Positions 29,365 to 39,768 are shown, counted from the stretch's first letter. The stretch is DNA of 64,000 nucleotides from Spirochaetota bacterium (GCA_965205605.1 CBDBHE010000007.1:512001-576000); one strand, 5' to 3'. A program made the numbers and translations. The notes: a model not told the origin generated them from the letters alone.

Positions 29365-31028
29365 CTTTAATCGTGGTTTTAGTCGCTTCTATTTTGCTTC
29401 TTTTAATGGGACTACCACTTTATATTCTTCTGTTTGCTTTGTCTTTTTATTTTTTTCATATTTTAGAAATTCCTTTTGTTAATATGGTGATCCAATTTGA
29501 AAAACTAGCAACACTTGAGTTTGTAACAGCAGTGCCTCTATTTGCTTTTTCGGGCTATGTTTTAGCGCGTTCTAAAAGCCCAGATCGTATTTTATTTTTT
29601 TTTAATAAAACCATTAGTTTTATTAAAGGCTCAGAATCTGTTTTTGTGATTATGCTTTTGGTGTCTTTTACAGCTTTAACAGGTACTAGTGGGATTGGGA
29701 TTTTAGCTTTGGGGGGACTTTTGATGCCTATTTTAAGAAAAAGTTACTTTAATGAATCTTTTTCTTTAGGGTTAATTACCTCTTCAGGTAGTTTGGGACT
29801 TTTATTTGTGCCTTCTCTTCCAGTGATTATTTATGCTATTGTTTCGAGTCAAAATATGACCAGTGGTTTTATTGATATTAATTTACTTTTTAAAGTAGCT
29901 ATTTTACCTCTTTTTATTTTGATTTTTGTTTTTAGTGTTTATAGTTTTTATAAAATTAATAAAATTAAAACCAAAAAAAATGACCATTCGTTTTCTTTAA
30001 AAAATATTTGGCAAGGCATTAAAGTAGCAAAATACGAGTTATTTCTTCCTATCGTGATTTATGGGGGGATTTATTCAGGATTTTTTAGCGTCATGGAGAC
30101 AAGTGCCATCGTTGCTTTTTATGTTTTTAGTATTGTTTTTGTATTACATAAAGATCTTGGATTAAAACAAAACTTTATAAAAGTATGTGTTGAGTCTGCT
30201 AAACTTTCAGGAGCAATTTTTATGGTGATTCTCGGTTCGATGGTTTTAAAAGAATATTTTGTTGAAGAAATGATATCAGATAAAATTTTTAACTTTATTT
30301 CACCTTATTTAAAAAACAAAATTTCATTTCTTCTTTTTGTTAATTTTTTTCTCCTTATTACCGGATGTTTTTTAGATATTTTTTCAGCGATTTTAATTAT
30401 TTTACCTATTTTACTTCCGATTGTAGAGAAGTATCAAATTGATCCGTATCATTTTGCCATTATTTTCTTGGTGAATTTAGAAATTGGTTATTTGACCCCT
30501 CCTATAGGAATGAACCTTTTTATTGCTAGTTATCGATTTAAAAAATCTATTTTTAGTTTGTATAAAGCTTCTTTTCCTTTTTTAATTTTAATGTTAATGG
30601 TGTTAATGCTTTTGACGTATTATCCTTGGTTTTCTACGTTTTTAGTTTCAAAGGAAGTGAATGAAGTTGAAAAGAGCTTAAATTTTGATCAAGAACCACC
30701 TGCTAAAATAAAATCTTTTAAAGTCGTTGCAGTTGATCGTGAATCGGTAACCTTTTCTTTTAAATCGGTGGGGGATGATGGGAAAAAAGGGGTGGCTGCG
30801 GGATATCAGTTGCGTTATAGCGATCTTAAAATTGATTCTTTAGAATTTTTTGAGTATGGAGCAGAGGAAGTAGAGGCTTTAATGACCCCTAAACAATCTG
30901 GCATGACGGAGATATTTCGTCTTGAAGGCTTACGTTCTAAAACGACTTATTTTGTAGCGATTCGAGCTATTGATGAAGCTGGAAATCAAGGATTACTTTC
31001 TTCTATTATTGAGGTCAGCACAAAATAA
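29361..31028 (+). CDS. dctM: TRAP large permease fused to a C-terminal FN3 domain
   Basis: AVPLF, SGSLGLLFVPSLP, NLEIGYLTPPIGMNLF; then DQEPPAKI...GDDG..G.A.GYQLRYS...YFVAIRAIDEAGN. Confidence 0.92.
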   Translation: MTLIVVLVASILLLLMGLPLYILLFALSFYFFHILEIPFVNMVIQFEKLATLEFVTAVPLFAFSGYVLARSKSPDRILFFFNKTISFIKGSESVFVIMLLVSFTALTGTSGIGILALGGLLMPILRKSYFNESFSLGLITSSGSLGLLFVPSLPVIIYAIVSSQNMTSGFIDINLLFKVAILPLFILIFVFSVYSFYKINKIKTKKNDHSFSLKNIWQGIKVAKYELFLPIVIYGGIYSGFFSVMETSAIVAFYVFSIVFVLHKDLGLKQNFIKVCVESAKLSGAIFMVILGSMVLKEYFVEEMISDKIFNFISPYLKNKISFLLFVNFFLLITGCFLDIFSAILIILPILLPIVEKYQIDPYHFAIIFLVNLEIGYLTPPIGMNLFIASYRFKKSIFSLYKASFPFLILMLMVLMLLTYYPWFSTFLVSKEVNEVEKSLNFDQEPPAKIKSFKVVAVDRESVTFSFKSVGDDGKKGVAAGYQLRYSDLKIDSLEFFEYGAEEVEALMTPKQSGMTEIFRLEGLRSKTTYFVAIRAIDEAGNQGLLSSIIEVSTK

Positions 31029-31926
31029 TTTTGTTAATATTTCTATGAATCGTCAGCTTAGAAAGCTTTTTTTAACGCTTCCCATTGATCGTCTTCTTAG
31101 TATTAATAGTCCTTATCATGGTAGTCATGATAATCGTGAAAGTGGGTTTCAATCCGACTTTAGTGAATATAAACATTATCAAAAAGGCGACAGTGTTAAA
31201 AATATTGATTGGAAAGTTTATGCTAAAACACAAAAAACTTATGTCAAGCATTTTCATTCTAAAAAAGCTAAAGAAGTGACTTTATTAGTGGATGCTTCGA
31301 CTTCGATGGGAGTGGATTTTTTGGAGAAAGGGACTTTGAAGAAAAAAGTGCTTTTAGAAGTTTTAACTTATTTTTTAGATTACTTACAGTTGCACGGAGA
31401 ACGTTTTGATCTTTTTTTTTTACAAGATCAACAAAATTTTTTTTTTAAAAAAGCCACCAGTTCCACTCATTTAAATCAAATAAAGGGGCTTAAAAGTAAA
31501 CAAGTTTTAGAAGATTTTTCTCCTAAAGGAAAAGTGAATCTTAAAAAAACACTTTTGTTATTGTTAAAAACAATCAAGCACCATTCTAATGTTTTTTTAT
31601 TTTCTGATTTTTATTTAGAATTAACGGATCTCAATGCTATTAGTGCGATGTTTGTCAAAAAAAAAATAGATCTTCATTTGGTCCATTTAATCGATAGTAA
31701 TGAATTTAAAAAAAAACCTCCTCACGGGGCTTATTTTCTTGAAGATAGTGAAACAAATGAAAAACTTATTTTTGATTGGAACAAACAATGGAAAGAATAT
31801 CGGGCTTTTTTTATGAAGCATTTACAAGCTTTAGAAAAAATGGCTTTAATCAAAAAGATGCCATATCATAAAATTGAAACAAATCAAAATCCTTTAAATA
31901 GCTTTATGGCTCTTTTTTATTCATGA
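30970..31926 (+). CDS. DUF58 domain protein (start probably downstream of track start)
   Basis: DFSEYKHYQKGDSVKNIDWKVYAK, LVDASTSM, LFSDF. Confidence 0.9.
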   Translation: MMKLEIKDYFLLLLRSAQNNFVNISMNRQLRKLFLTLPIDRLLSINSPYHGSHDNRESGFQSDFSEYKHYQKGDSVKNIDWKVYAKTQKTYVKHFHSKKAKEVTLLVDASTSMGVDFLEKGTLKKKVLLEVLTYFLDYLQLHGERFDLFFLQDQQNFFFKKATSSTHLNQIKGLKSKQVLEDFSPKGKVNLKKTLLLLLKTIKHHSNVFLFSDFYLELTDLNAISAMFVKKKIDLHLVHLIDSNEFKKKPPHGAYFLEDSETNEKLIFDWNKQWKEYRAFFMKHLQALEKMALIKKMPYHKIETNQNPLNSFMALFYS

Positions 31927-33782
31927 TTTTTTTAAATCCTTTTGTTTGGTTTTTAAGCCCTATTATTTTTTTACCTTTTGTTTGGCACTTGGATATTTTT
32001 AAAAAGAAACAAATATTACGTCTTCCTTCGCTTTTTTTTGCTAAAAAAGTTTTTCATCAAATGCCTTCTAAATCTTCTAAGAATATGACTCTAGAAATTT
32101 TTTTAGAAATTTTTTTTCTATTTTGCCTTCTTTTCCTTTTAAGTGGTCCTAAGCTTGTTTCACAAAAACAACCCTTAAACAATCAAACATTACTTATTTT
32201 TTTGGATAATTCTTTTTCAATGGGACATCAAACTCAACGTAATTTATTGTATGAAAAAAAAATAACGCCTTTTTTTAACGATTCTAGATGGAAAGAAATT
32301 AAAGTCTTTGATATGAGCATGGTTTTAGATCAACATCAGCCCTTTCTACTGGCAACCAAACAATCTCTTTTGGCTTTTTTGCAAAAAGTAAAAAGAGAAT
32401 ATCGTTCTTTTCAATTTAAGCACTTGGAGCAATATTTAAACCATGTCCTCTCCTTGCCAAAAGAAACCTACGTGCTTTACCTTATCAGTGATTTTAATAA
32501 CAATCATTTCCAAACTCCTTTTTTTAATACTAAAAGTGTTTGGATAAGTAAAAATTCTTGGTCTCTTTCTTCTTCTTTTTTTGTCGAAAAAGACTTTAGT
32601 TTTAAAAAAGTTTATTTTTTAGGAGAAAGCATTCCTTTAAATTTTAAGCTTTTATCGTCTTTATCTTTAAAAGGGTATACTTGTGAAATTAAAATTGATC
32701 AAAAACGTCTTTATTTAGATGCATTTAAAAATAAAAAAAATCAATCGATTCAATTTTCATTTTTGCCTAAAAAAACCGGCTTGTTTCCAGTCGAACTTGT
32801 TATTAAAAAAGAAAAAGAAATTTTTTATCGTTATTTTTCTTGTTTTTTAGTTGCTTCATCTGTTTTTTTAGGTTTACAAGGGTCTTTAGATTTACAACAA
32901 GCGTTTAAAAAAGCTTTTTTATATGATTTTGAAAAAGGGTATATTCGTTTTGAAAGCCATGAAAAAAGTATCCATGTTTTTTTATCAGCGAATTTTAAAT
33001 CTTTAAAGAATTTAAATCTTTCTAAAAAATCAATTTTATTTTTATCTTCTAAAAAAGATGTTTTTTTTTGGAATGATTTTTTAAAGCAAAAAGGATTTCA
33101 AGATATTGTTTTTGAGGAAAAGGTTTATTTAGAAGAAAAAGATTTTATTTTAGCTCAAAGATCTCTTGGGGGAGTCTTAAAAGATGATTTTAAAAAAATA
33201 GGTTATTTTGATTTTTTAGATAAAAATTATGTATTTCGTTTAAAAAAACCGTTTAATCCTCAAATAATTTTACTGTTATTAGTGAACGATTTACCGGTTG
33301 CTTTTTTAAAAAAAAATACATTATTATTTCCTTTTGGACTTCGAAATCAAGAAGAGAGTTTGTCTTTTTTTGAAAATCCAGAAGGATTGATTCTTTTTTA
33401 TGAAGGTCTTTTTAGGTTGTTATCCAATCAAACGATGATGAGCGTTGACGGGAGAGGTTTTAATGATTTGGCTAATTTTCAAAAAGAAGGTCTTTTTTTA
33501 AATCATATGAAACCTGGACTTTATCAAAGCAAAGAGAAGGTTTTTATTTTAAACGTGCCTAGAGAAGAAGCTTTAGCAAGGCCTGTTGAAAAAAAAGAGG
33601 AATTTTTTAAAGCAATAAAGCTAATCGATGATGAAAGAGGGTGGTTAAAAGATGATAATCTTTTAACCTTTGGGTTTTTTTTTCGTTTGAAGGAGGTATT
33701 AAAAATAAGCCTTTTACTAAGTTTAGGTGGATTATTTTTAATGTTTTTACAAAGAAATAAATTTCAAAAGAAGAGAAAATAA
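31923..33782 (+). CDS. BatA/vWA-domain membrane protein
   Basis: FLNP...LP..WHL N-terminus, IFLDNSFSM, LISDF, C-terminal TM. Confidence 0.8.
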   Translation: MIFLNPFVWFLSPIIFLPFVWHLDIFKKKQILRLPSLFFAKKVFHQMPSKSSKNMTLEIFLEIFFLFCLLFLLSGPKLVSQKQPLNNQTLLIFLDNSFSMGHQTQRNLLYEKKITPFFNDSRWKEIKVFDMSMVLDQHQPFLLATKQSLLAFLQKVKREYRSFQFKHLEQYLNHVLSLPKETYVLYLISDFNNNHFQTPFFNTKSVWISKNSWSLSSSFFVEKDFSFKKVYFLGESIPLNFKLLSSLSLKGYTCEIKIDQKRLYLDAFKNKKNQSIQFSFLPKKTGLFPVELVIKKEKEIFYRYFSCFLVASSVFLGLQGSLDLQQAFKKAFLYDFEKGYIRFESHEKSIHVFLSANFKSLKNLNLSKKSILFLSSKKDVFFWNDFLKQKGFQDIVFEEKVYLEEKDFILAQRSLGGVLKDDFKKIGYFDFLDKNYVFRLKKPFNPQIILLLLVNDLPVAFLKKNTLLFPFGLRNQEESLSFFENPEGLILFYEGLFRLLSNQTMMSVDGRGFNDLANFQKEGLFLNHMKPGLYQSKEKVFILNVPREEALARPVEKKEEFFKAIKLIDDERGWLKDDNLLTFGFFFRLKEVLKISLLLSLGGLFLMFLQRNKFQKKRK

Positions 33783-34290
33783 AATCATTATTTGCCGTCT
33801 CTTAATTTTTTAAGTTTTCTTTTTCGTCTAACTTTTTTTTTATTAAGCTTTGCTTTACTTTTTCTTCTTTTCAATTTAGCTTGGTCTCTTTAAAATTATT
33901 TTAATTTATTTTACTATGAATCTTTAAATAACTAGATATTTTTTTCTACTAATAAATAACTTTATTCTTTCTTTTTAAGAGTATATTTTGGATATTTTGA
34001 GTTAAAATTCTACTTTCCTTTATTCTTTTTTTATTTTTTTCCTATTTAGTTCCATTTTCTCAAATGCTTTCTTATAGATTAAATCAATTGTTTTGTCTCA
34101 AGCAAAATGGTTGGTTTTTTTTAAACCATAAGTTGCGTGCAGTTATTTTTTCTGTAATGCCTAAGTTGGTAAAGTTAATGTTGAGGGATTGTTCCTCATC
34201 ACCACGATTAATGAGTCTTATTGGGTTGCTAATTTCTATATATCGTTTTTGTTTATCGAGTATATAATCTAATTTTATAGTTCTATACTT

Positions 34291-34662
34291 ACAAATGAGA
34301 AATTTTAATTTTTTTTTCGTTCTGATAACTAACTGAAGTTGTTAAGACATCAAATTTTTTGATAAGTGAGAAACATAAAAAAATACTCCATCAATAGCAT
34401 CATTCTTTATGGTGACTTCTTTTTTTTTATTTTGTGATATTTGTTTTACATTCGATGACAATCATTAAATCAACGTCATCTGTAAAGAGAAAATAATAAA
34501 TTTAGGCCACTTACCTGTTTCTAATTTGGAGGTTTTCTTAGGCTATTTTTGAATGTGTAGGTTTGTAGATTGTTGTTCTTCAATAACGATTTTTTCGTTA
34601 TCATAATGTCTTAGACTTCTTAACTTATCTCTTACAATACTTTCTGTTATTTTCTCGTTCAT
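34291..34662 (-). pseudogene. Remnant of the N-terminus of a BcgI-alpha-like (type IIB/IIG) restriction-modification gene
   Basis: MNEKITESIVR...IVIEEQQS...K*..GKWPKFII / DLMIVIECKT / DAIDGVFFYVSHLSK / FDVL..SVS.QNEK, broken by stops and frameshifts. Confidence 0.7.
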
Positions 34663-34782
34663 CGATAAATCTTTGGGTGAAATTATAAAAAACTAAAAAA
34701 ACAAAAAAGAATCGTTTTTAGTAAAAAAAAAGTATTTAGTTACCAATCTTTATTTTTTTTAAAGTGATTAAAAATATTCTAT

Positions 34783-34864
34783 TACGAGTGGAGAGACTCG
34801 AACTCTCAAACCTTGCGGCACTAGATCCTAAGTCTAGCGTGTCTACCAATTCCACCACACTCGC
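34783..34864 (-). tRNA. tRNA-Leu(TAG)
   Basis: GCGAGTG/CACTCGT acceptor stem, CTAGA-CTTAGGA-TCTAG anticodon arm, long variable arm, GTTCGAG; CCA not encoded. Confidence 0.96.
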
Positions 34865-34931
34865 TTTACATTTTTTATTAATCCTAGCATGTAAGTCTAT
34901 CAGTCTTTTTTTTTCTTTAAAGTTATTTTTT

Positions 34932-35747
34932 TTAAAAAAGGGTTTGTTTTTTTCGAATTTGATAGACTTCAAGGAGTTCTTTTAAAAGCAATTCCATTTT
35001 ATTTAAAGGATATTGAGTTTCTTGATCTGATTTTGCTTGGGAAGGAAATGGATGGGTTTCGATAAAGAGTCCATCGGCTCCTGCAGCTAATTGAGCTTTA
35101 GCTAGAGAAGGCAAAAACTCTCTCTGCCCACCTGAATGACTGCCTTTAGCAGCCGGCAATTGAAGAGAATGCGTGGCATCATACACATACGGTATGCCCA
35201 TATCTTTGATCACTTTAATAGAGCGAAAATCAACTACCAAGTTTCCATATCCAAAAAAACTTCCTCTTTCAGTGACGAGGAGTTCTTTTCCACCTGCTTC
35301 TAAAAACTTTTTACTTGCGTTTTCTATTTCATAAGGTGACATAAATTGTCCTTTTTTAATATTAAGGATTTTCTTTGTTTTAGCGGCTTCAATGTATAAA
35401 TCTGTTTGTCTTGCTAAAAAAGCAGGGATTTGGATCATATCTAAAACTTTCCCCGCCTCTTCAATCATCTCAGGTGTATGGATATCAGAAAGAATTGGTA
35501 CGTCATACTTTTCTTTTAAATTTTTAAGCATTAAAAGCCCTTCTTTTAGTGAAGGCCCACGATATCCTTTAATGGAAGACCGGTTTGCTTTATCAAAAGA
35601 AGCTTTAAAAATATAAGGAATGCCAAGTTTCAAAGTGATTTTTTTCATGGTTTCACAAACTTCATCGATAAGGGCTTTGCTTTCTATGACACAAGGCCCT
35701 GCAATGAGAAAAAAAGAAGATTGATTTAGAATATTTTTTAGCTTCAT
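34932..35747 (-). CDS. kdsA: KDO 8-phosphate synthase
   Basis: IAGPCVIES, KASFDKANRSS, QIPAFLARQTDL, IKKGQF, DATHSLQ. Confidence 0.97.
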   Translation of the reverse strand: MKLKNILNQSSFFLIAGPCVIESKALIDEVCETMKKITLKLGIPYIFKASFDKANRSSIKGYRGPSLKEGLLMLKNLKEKYDVPILSDIHTPEMIEEAGKVLDMIQIPAFLARQTDLYIEAAKTKKILNIKKGQFMSPYEIENASKKFLEAGGKELLVTERGSFFGYGNLVVDFRSIKVIKDMGIPYVYDATHSLQLPAAKGSHSGGQREFLPSLAKAQLAAGADGLFIETHPFPSQAKSDQETQYPLNKMELLLKELLEVYQIRKKQTLF

Positions 35748-35748
35748 T

Positions 35749-36636
35749 TTAAATTTTTTTTTCTACAATAAAAGCAATTGAAAATAAACAACTATAAATA
35801 AAAAGACTTTTAGCTGTATTTTGTAAAACTTGATTTAAGGATTTTCCTTTTTGAGTGAAAAGCACTTTAATGCTAGGGATTAAAAATAACAGTGTTAGAA
35901 CAGGAAGAAAAAAAATTATTTTTTTATAAAGCAACCCCATAAAAGGAATAAAGAAACAAGCACTTAAAATACAAATTAAATATTCTACTTTTGTAAAAGT
36001 CTTTCCAAATCTTACCGCCAGTGTTTTTTTATTTGTTTTTTTATCCTCTTCTATGTCTCTTAAATTATTGACACTTAATATAGCTACTGAAAAAAGACCA
36101 GGGGGAATGCCAATTAGAAAAGATAAAAAAGAAATTTTTTGAACTAAAAGAAACACCGTTGTCCCTGTTAAAATAGGGCCAAAAAAAAGAAACGCAAAAA
36201 TGTCTCCGAGTCCTAGGTAAGCTAAAGGCATCGGTCCACTCGTATAACTATAAGCTAAAAAAATACTCACCCCTGTTAATCCTAAAATCCATTTTCCCCC
36301 TATCATTGAAAAATAAATCCCTAGTAAAGAAAAAAGAATTAATATCATGCTAATCCCTATTTTTATTTCTTTACCTGTTAATAGACCTGCTTGCATCATT
36401 CTTTTAGGGCCCAGTCTTTGCTCAGTATCCGTTCCTTTTTTAAAATCGTAATAGTCATTGATCAAATTAGTGGCTATTTGAATTAACAAAGCCCCAAGTA
36501 AAATCATAAAAGCATGGGCCCATGAAAACTCATTTGAAACACAAATACTAATTCCTATAAAGACAGGAGAAATACTCGCTAAAAGAGTTTTAGGTCTGCT
36601 TGCTAAAATCCATATTTTTAATTTACTTATTTTCAT
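35749..36636 (-). CDS. menA: 1,4-dihydroxy-2-naphthoate prenyltransferase
   Basis: RPKTL, NLINDYYDFKKGTD, NNLRDIEED...KKTLAVR. Confidence 0.95.
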   Translation of the reverse strand: MKISKLKIWILASRPKTLLASISPVFIGISICVSNEFSWAHAFMILLGALLIQIATNLINDYYDFKKGTDTEQRLGPKRMMQAGLLTGKEIKIGISMILILFSLLGIYFSMIGGKWILGLTGVSIFLAYSYTSGPMPLAYLGLGDIFAFLFFGPILTGTTVFLLVQKISFLSFLIGIPPGLFSVAILSVNNLRDIEEDKKTNKKTLAVRFGKTFTKVEYLICILSACFFIPFMGLLYKKIIFFLPVLTLLFLIPSIKVLFTQKGKSLNQVLQNTAKSLFIYSCLFSIAFIVEKKI

Positions 36637-37117
36637 TTTTTTCTTGATTTAGTTAATGATAAAAAACTGTTACAAGTTTACAATATTTTTTTTTTAAAAA
36701 ATACTTTAATTAATATCTTAACCTCAGCTTCAAAATTAACAAAGTGTAAAGCGTTCCCCACTATCCGCTAGCTGTTTGGAATTTGTAAAAGCTTGTGATA
36801 CCGTATTGTAACCAATATTGATTGTATTAAACAAAAACCTTATTAAGCAAGTTAGTGATTTTTTTTCCCCCAACAGGTAAACTGATAAGAAGAAATTTCA
36901 ATACTTCTAATAAACTAAGTTTTCTAGGATTTTTAGATATCTTACCTCGTATACTTACGCTTGTGTTTTGGTTTCTTCCAAGCTTGTTTGCTACCGAGTC
37001 ATTTTTAACTAAATCAAAAATTAAGGCAAGGTTAAAAACGGAAACACAGATTTATTTAAGCGAGCAGTCAGTTAATCCTATAAGTAAAGCCTCCACTCAG
37101 CAGGTAAATGTTTTATT

Positions 37118-37550
37118 TTAAAAGTCAGCTTTCTTTTTATTTAAAAATGCAACTAAACTTTCATTTAATTTGTTTTGGAATTTCAAAATTCCCGCATCAT
37201 TTAAGTGAAAATCAGAAACTTCTTTTAAATCAAATTGATACAGTTTTATTTTAGCCTTATTATCTTTGACTAAAATTTTAAACTTAAAACTACAAGAATC
37301 TTTTATTAAACCAACAGGATAAGAAGTTCTTCCATTTCCTACAATAATGCCTTGTTCTAAGTTTCTGAGCTCAATCACCGACTTACCTGACCTAAAAGCA
37401 TCATGAATCCATAATTCTATTTTTTGAAAAAATTTTTTTTTTGACAAAGGATGCTCTAATTAAAAAAGAAGTCCCCGTCACTAATTTTCTTGATGAAATA
37501 CATCCTATAAATAAACTTATGACTAAAAATGTAAAAATTATTTTTTTCAT
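37118..37550 (-). pseudogene. Frameshifted lipoprotein (DUF4468-like)
   Basis: Signal MKKIIFTFLVISLFIG-C from 37550 is out of frame with the 37118-37447 ORF (WIHDAFRSGKSVIE...GIIVGNG). Confidence 0.6.
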
Positions 37551-37651
37551 AATGATTCTAATTAATTTGATGAAATAATAATATCGTTATCTAAAATAAA
37601 AATAAAAAGATCTTTTTTTTAAAAAAAATTCTTATTGGTTTTAAAATACAA

Positions 37652-39106
37652 ATGTTAAATAGAAATCGTTGGTTTTATGATTTGAAATTTTTTTTGATTT
37701 TACCATTTTTTTTAAAAGCACTTTTTAGTTTTGAAGAAAGAACGTTTGAAAAAGCTTATGAGCACTATTTAGAAACCAAAGATAAGGTCTTGATTTTAAA
37801 TCAATTTTTAAAAGGTGAAGAAAAAACGGTTTTAAAGGAAAAAATAAATTGGCTTTTTGAACAAAAAGCTTCTTTATCATTACTTAAAGAGATTGCTCAA
37901 AAGCTTAAAAATCAAGGACGCTATGATTTTGTTTATTTGACTTTTTTTGATGAAAGACTTCATTTAAAACAAGTTCTTTTTTGGAAAGATCTTTATTGGG
38001 ATTTGCTTAAGCTTCAAAATGAAAATATGGTTTTAATCGAAGACTTATTTTTTTTTCTTTCAAAGCCATCTTTAAGTGAAGAGATGATGGTGCAGCTTCT
38101 TTATTATTTTCAAATTTTAGCTAAAAAATCGCCTTTTTTTTTAGAAAAACAAATTAAGCAAAATTCACTTGTTTCAGAAAATAAAAAATTAAGTTTTTTA
38201 ATTTTGAATGCTTTTTATGCTCAGCACTTGCAAGCATTATCTTCAAATCTTTTAGCCTTTAATTTTAAAAAGATTGAATCTAAAAGAGAGTTTTTAGAAA
38301 ATTTAATTGTTGATTTTAAACCCGTGTTTTTAGAAGCTTTTTATTTTCATGCTCACTATAAAACTTTTTTAAAATTTTTAAATCTTTGGGAACTTAATGA
38401 AGGCACTGCTTTTCTTCAAATGCGTGAAAAAGCAGCTTTAATTGTAAAAGATTTTTCTGGTATTAATCAAACGACGATTCTCAATGAAAGAACTTTTAAA
38501 TTTCTTTTTTATAGCAATCAATATAAAAAAATCACGACTCATTTTAAAATTTATCAATCGCATCCTTATTATTTTATTTCTTTATTAAAAACTTCAAAAA
38601 AAAAAGCAATGGGTATTTTTGATAAACGACCTTTGGCAATATGGCTTAGGGCTATTTTTAAAGAAGAGGTGGGTGTTTTAGAAAAATTTTATTTACAAAC
38701 TTCTCCCTTTCATTTAACAAGTCAACAAATAGCGTTTCAAAACATTTTTGAAAATTTAATGGTCAATAAAAAAAAACTTTTTTTATTTTATAAACAAATT
38801 CTCTCGCATAATAAAACCATAGAATCTTTTTTCTATCAACATCAAAAAAACACGTCTTCTTTTTTACTTGATTTTGTGATCATTTCTATTTTGAAAATGC
38901 GTTATGAAGAAGGGAATAGAGAAGCTTTAATTCAATTTTATTTAGACAATCACCAAAAGATTAAAAGTTTTTTCATTCAAGAACAAGCTAAATGGTATTA
39001 TTCAAAAGCGAGTTTAAAGCAAGAACAAGCAAAAGAAATTTTATTTTCAAATCCTAAAACGCCGCTTCGTTTTGAAATTAATCAACAAAAAAAGCAACTT
39101 TTTTAG
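37652..39106 (+). CDS. Hypothetical protein, helical, possibly exported
   Basis: 484-aa ORF with N-terminal hydrophobic stretch. Confidence 0.7.
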   Translation: MLNRNRWFYDLKFFLILPFFLKALFSFEERTFEKAYEHYLETKDKVLILNQFLKGEEKTVLKEKINWLFEQKASLSLLKEIAQKLKNQGRYDFVYLTFFDERLHLKQVLFWKDLYWDLLKLQNENMVLIEDLFFFLSKPSLSEEMMVQLLYYFQILAKKSPFFLEKQIKQNSLVSENKKLSFLILNAFYAQHLQALSSNLLAFNFKKIESKREFLENLIVDFKPVFLEAFYFHAHYKTFLKFLNLWELNEGTAFLQMREKAALIVKDFSGINQTTILNERTFKFLFYSNQYKKITTHFKIYQSHPYYFISLLKTSKKKAMGIFDKRPLAIWLRAIFKEEVGVLEKFYLQTSPFHLTSQQIAFQNIFENLMVNKKKLFLFYKQILSHNKTIESFFYQHQKNTSSFLLDFVIISILKMRYEEGNREALIQFYLDNHQKIKSFFIQEQAKWYYSKASLKQEQAKEILFSNPKTPLRFEINQQKKQLF

Positions 39107-39111
39107 GCTTT

Positions 39112-39768
39112 CTAAATTTGATCCATAATACTTAAATAATGACTTTTACTAACAATATAATGATCTAAAAGTCTTAAATTAAAATAACGACAACGTTCTA
39201 AAATTTGCTTTGTAAAATTAATATCTTCAGAGCTTACTTTAAGGATATTTTCAATGTGATTGTGAATGAGGACAATATTTGATGAATACCCATTTAAGAT
39301 GGTTTTCATTAATTCTTTTAAATAAATATGGATTTCATTATCAGTCCCTCTAGAAAATTCGATTAAGCCTTTGAGGTGATTAGAATTACTTAAAAAAAGG
39401 ATATACAAAATTTCTTGATGGGAAGAAAAGAGTTTGGGTCTGATAAAATTGACAATTTTTTTAGGAGTATTGAGTAGGATGTTGCCTTTCTTAAAGGAAT
39501 CCTGTATTCGTCTTGAAATTTCTAAAGCAGCCATAATTTTAGCCGCTTGTTTTTTATGAATTTTATTATTTTGGCAAAGTTCTCTAAGGGAAGCTTCTCT
39601 TAGATTTTCATAAGATCCGTAATGTTTAATAATTTTTCGACCGATGTCAATATTATCTTCGCTCCCCATAATAATAGAAATGAGCTCGGCATTGGGAATG
39701 GATTTTAATTGACCATTATAAATTTTTTCTAGAGGTCTTTCATCAATGGGTAAGTTGTATGTTTTCAT
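39112..39768 (-). CDS. radC: RadC family JAB-domain protein
   Basis: LPIDERPLEK, AELISII, AALEISRR, HNH.....S..D, LLDH. Confidence 0.9.
   Translation of the reverse strand: MKTYNLPIDERPLEKIYNGQLKSIPNAELISIIMGSEDNIDIGRKIIKHYGSYENLREASLRELCQNNKIHKKQAAKIMAALEISRRIQDSFKKGNILLNTPKKIVNFIRPKLFSSHQEILYILFLSNSNHLKGLIEFSRGTDNEIHIYLKELMKTILNGYSSNIVLIHNHIENILKVSSEDINFTKQILERCRYFNLRLLDHYIVSKSHYLSIMDQI

Noticed and set aside
34085-34260. Minus-strand peptide LINRGDEEQSLNINFTNLGITEKITARNLW, reminiscent of an alpha-galactosidase C-terminal domain
   Set aside because: Too short, with no start codon or catalytic domain; cannot be supported without a search
34736-34985. Two ORFs overlapping tRNA-Leu
   Set aside because: Artefacts of the tRNA sequence
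36640-37121. 88-aa ORF and surrounding intergenic DNA as gene, ncRNA or tmRNA
   Set aside because: No recognisable protein motif, tRNA-like ends or tag peptide; may be a relic but is unassignable
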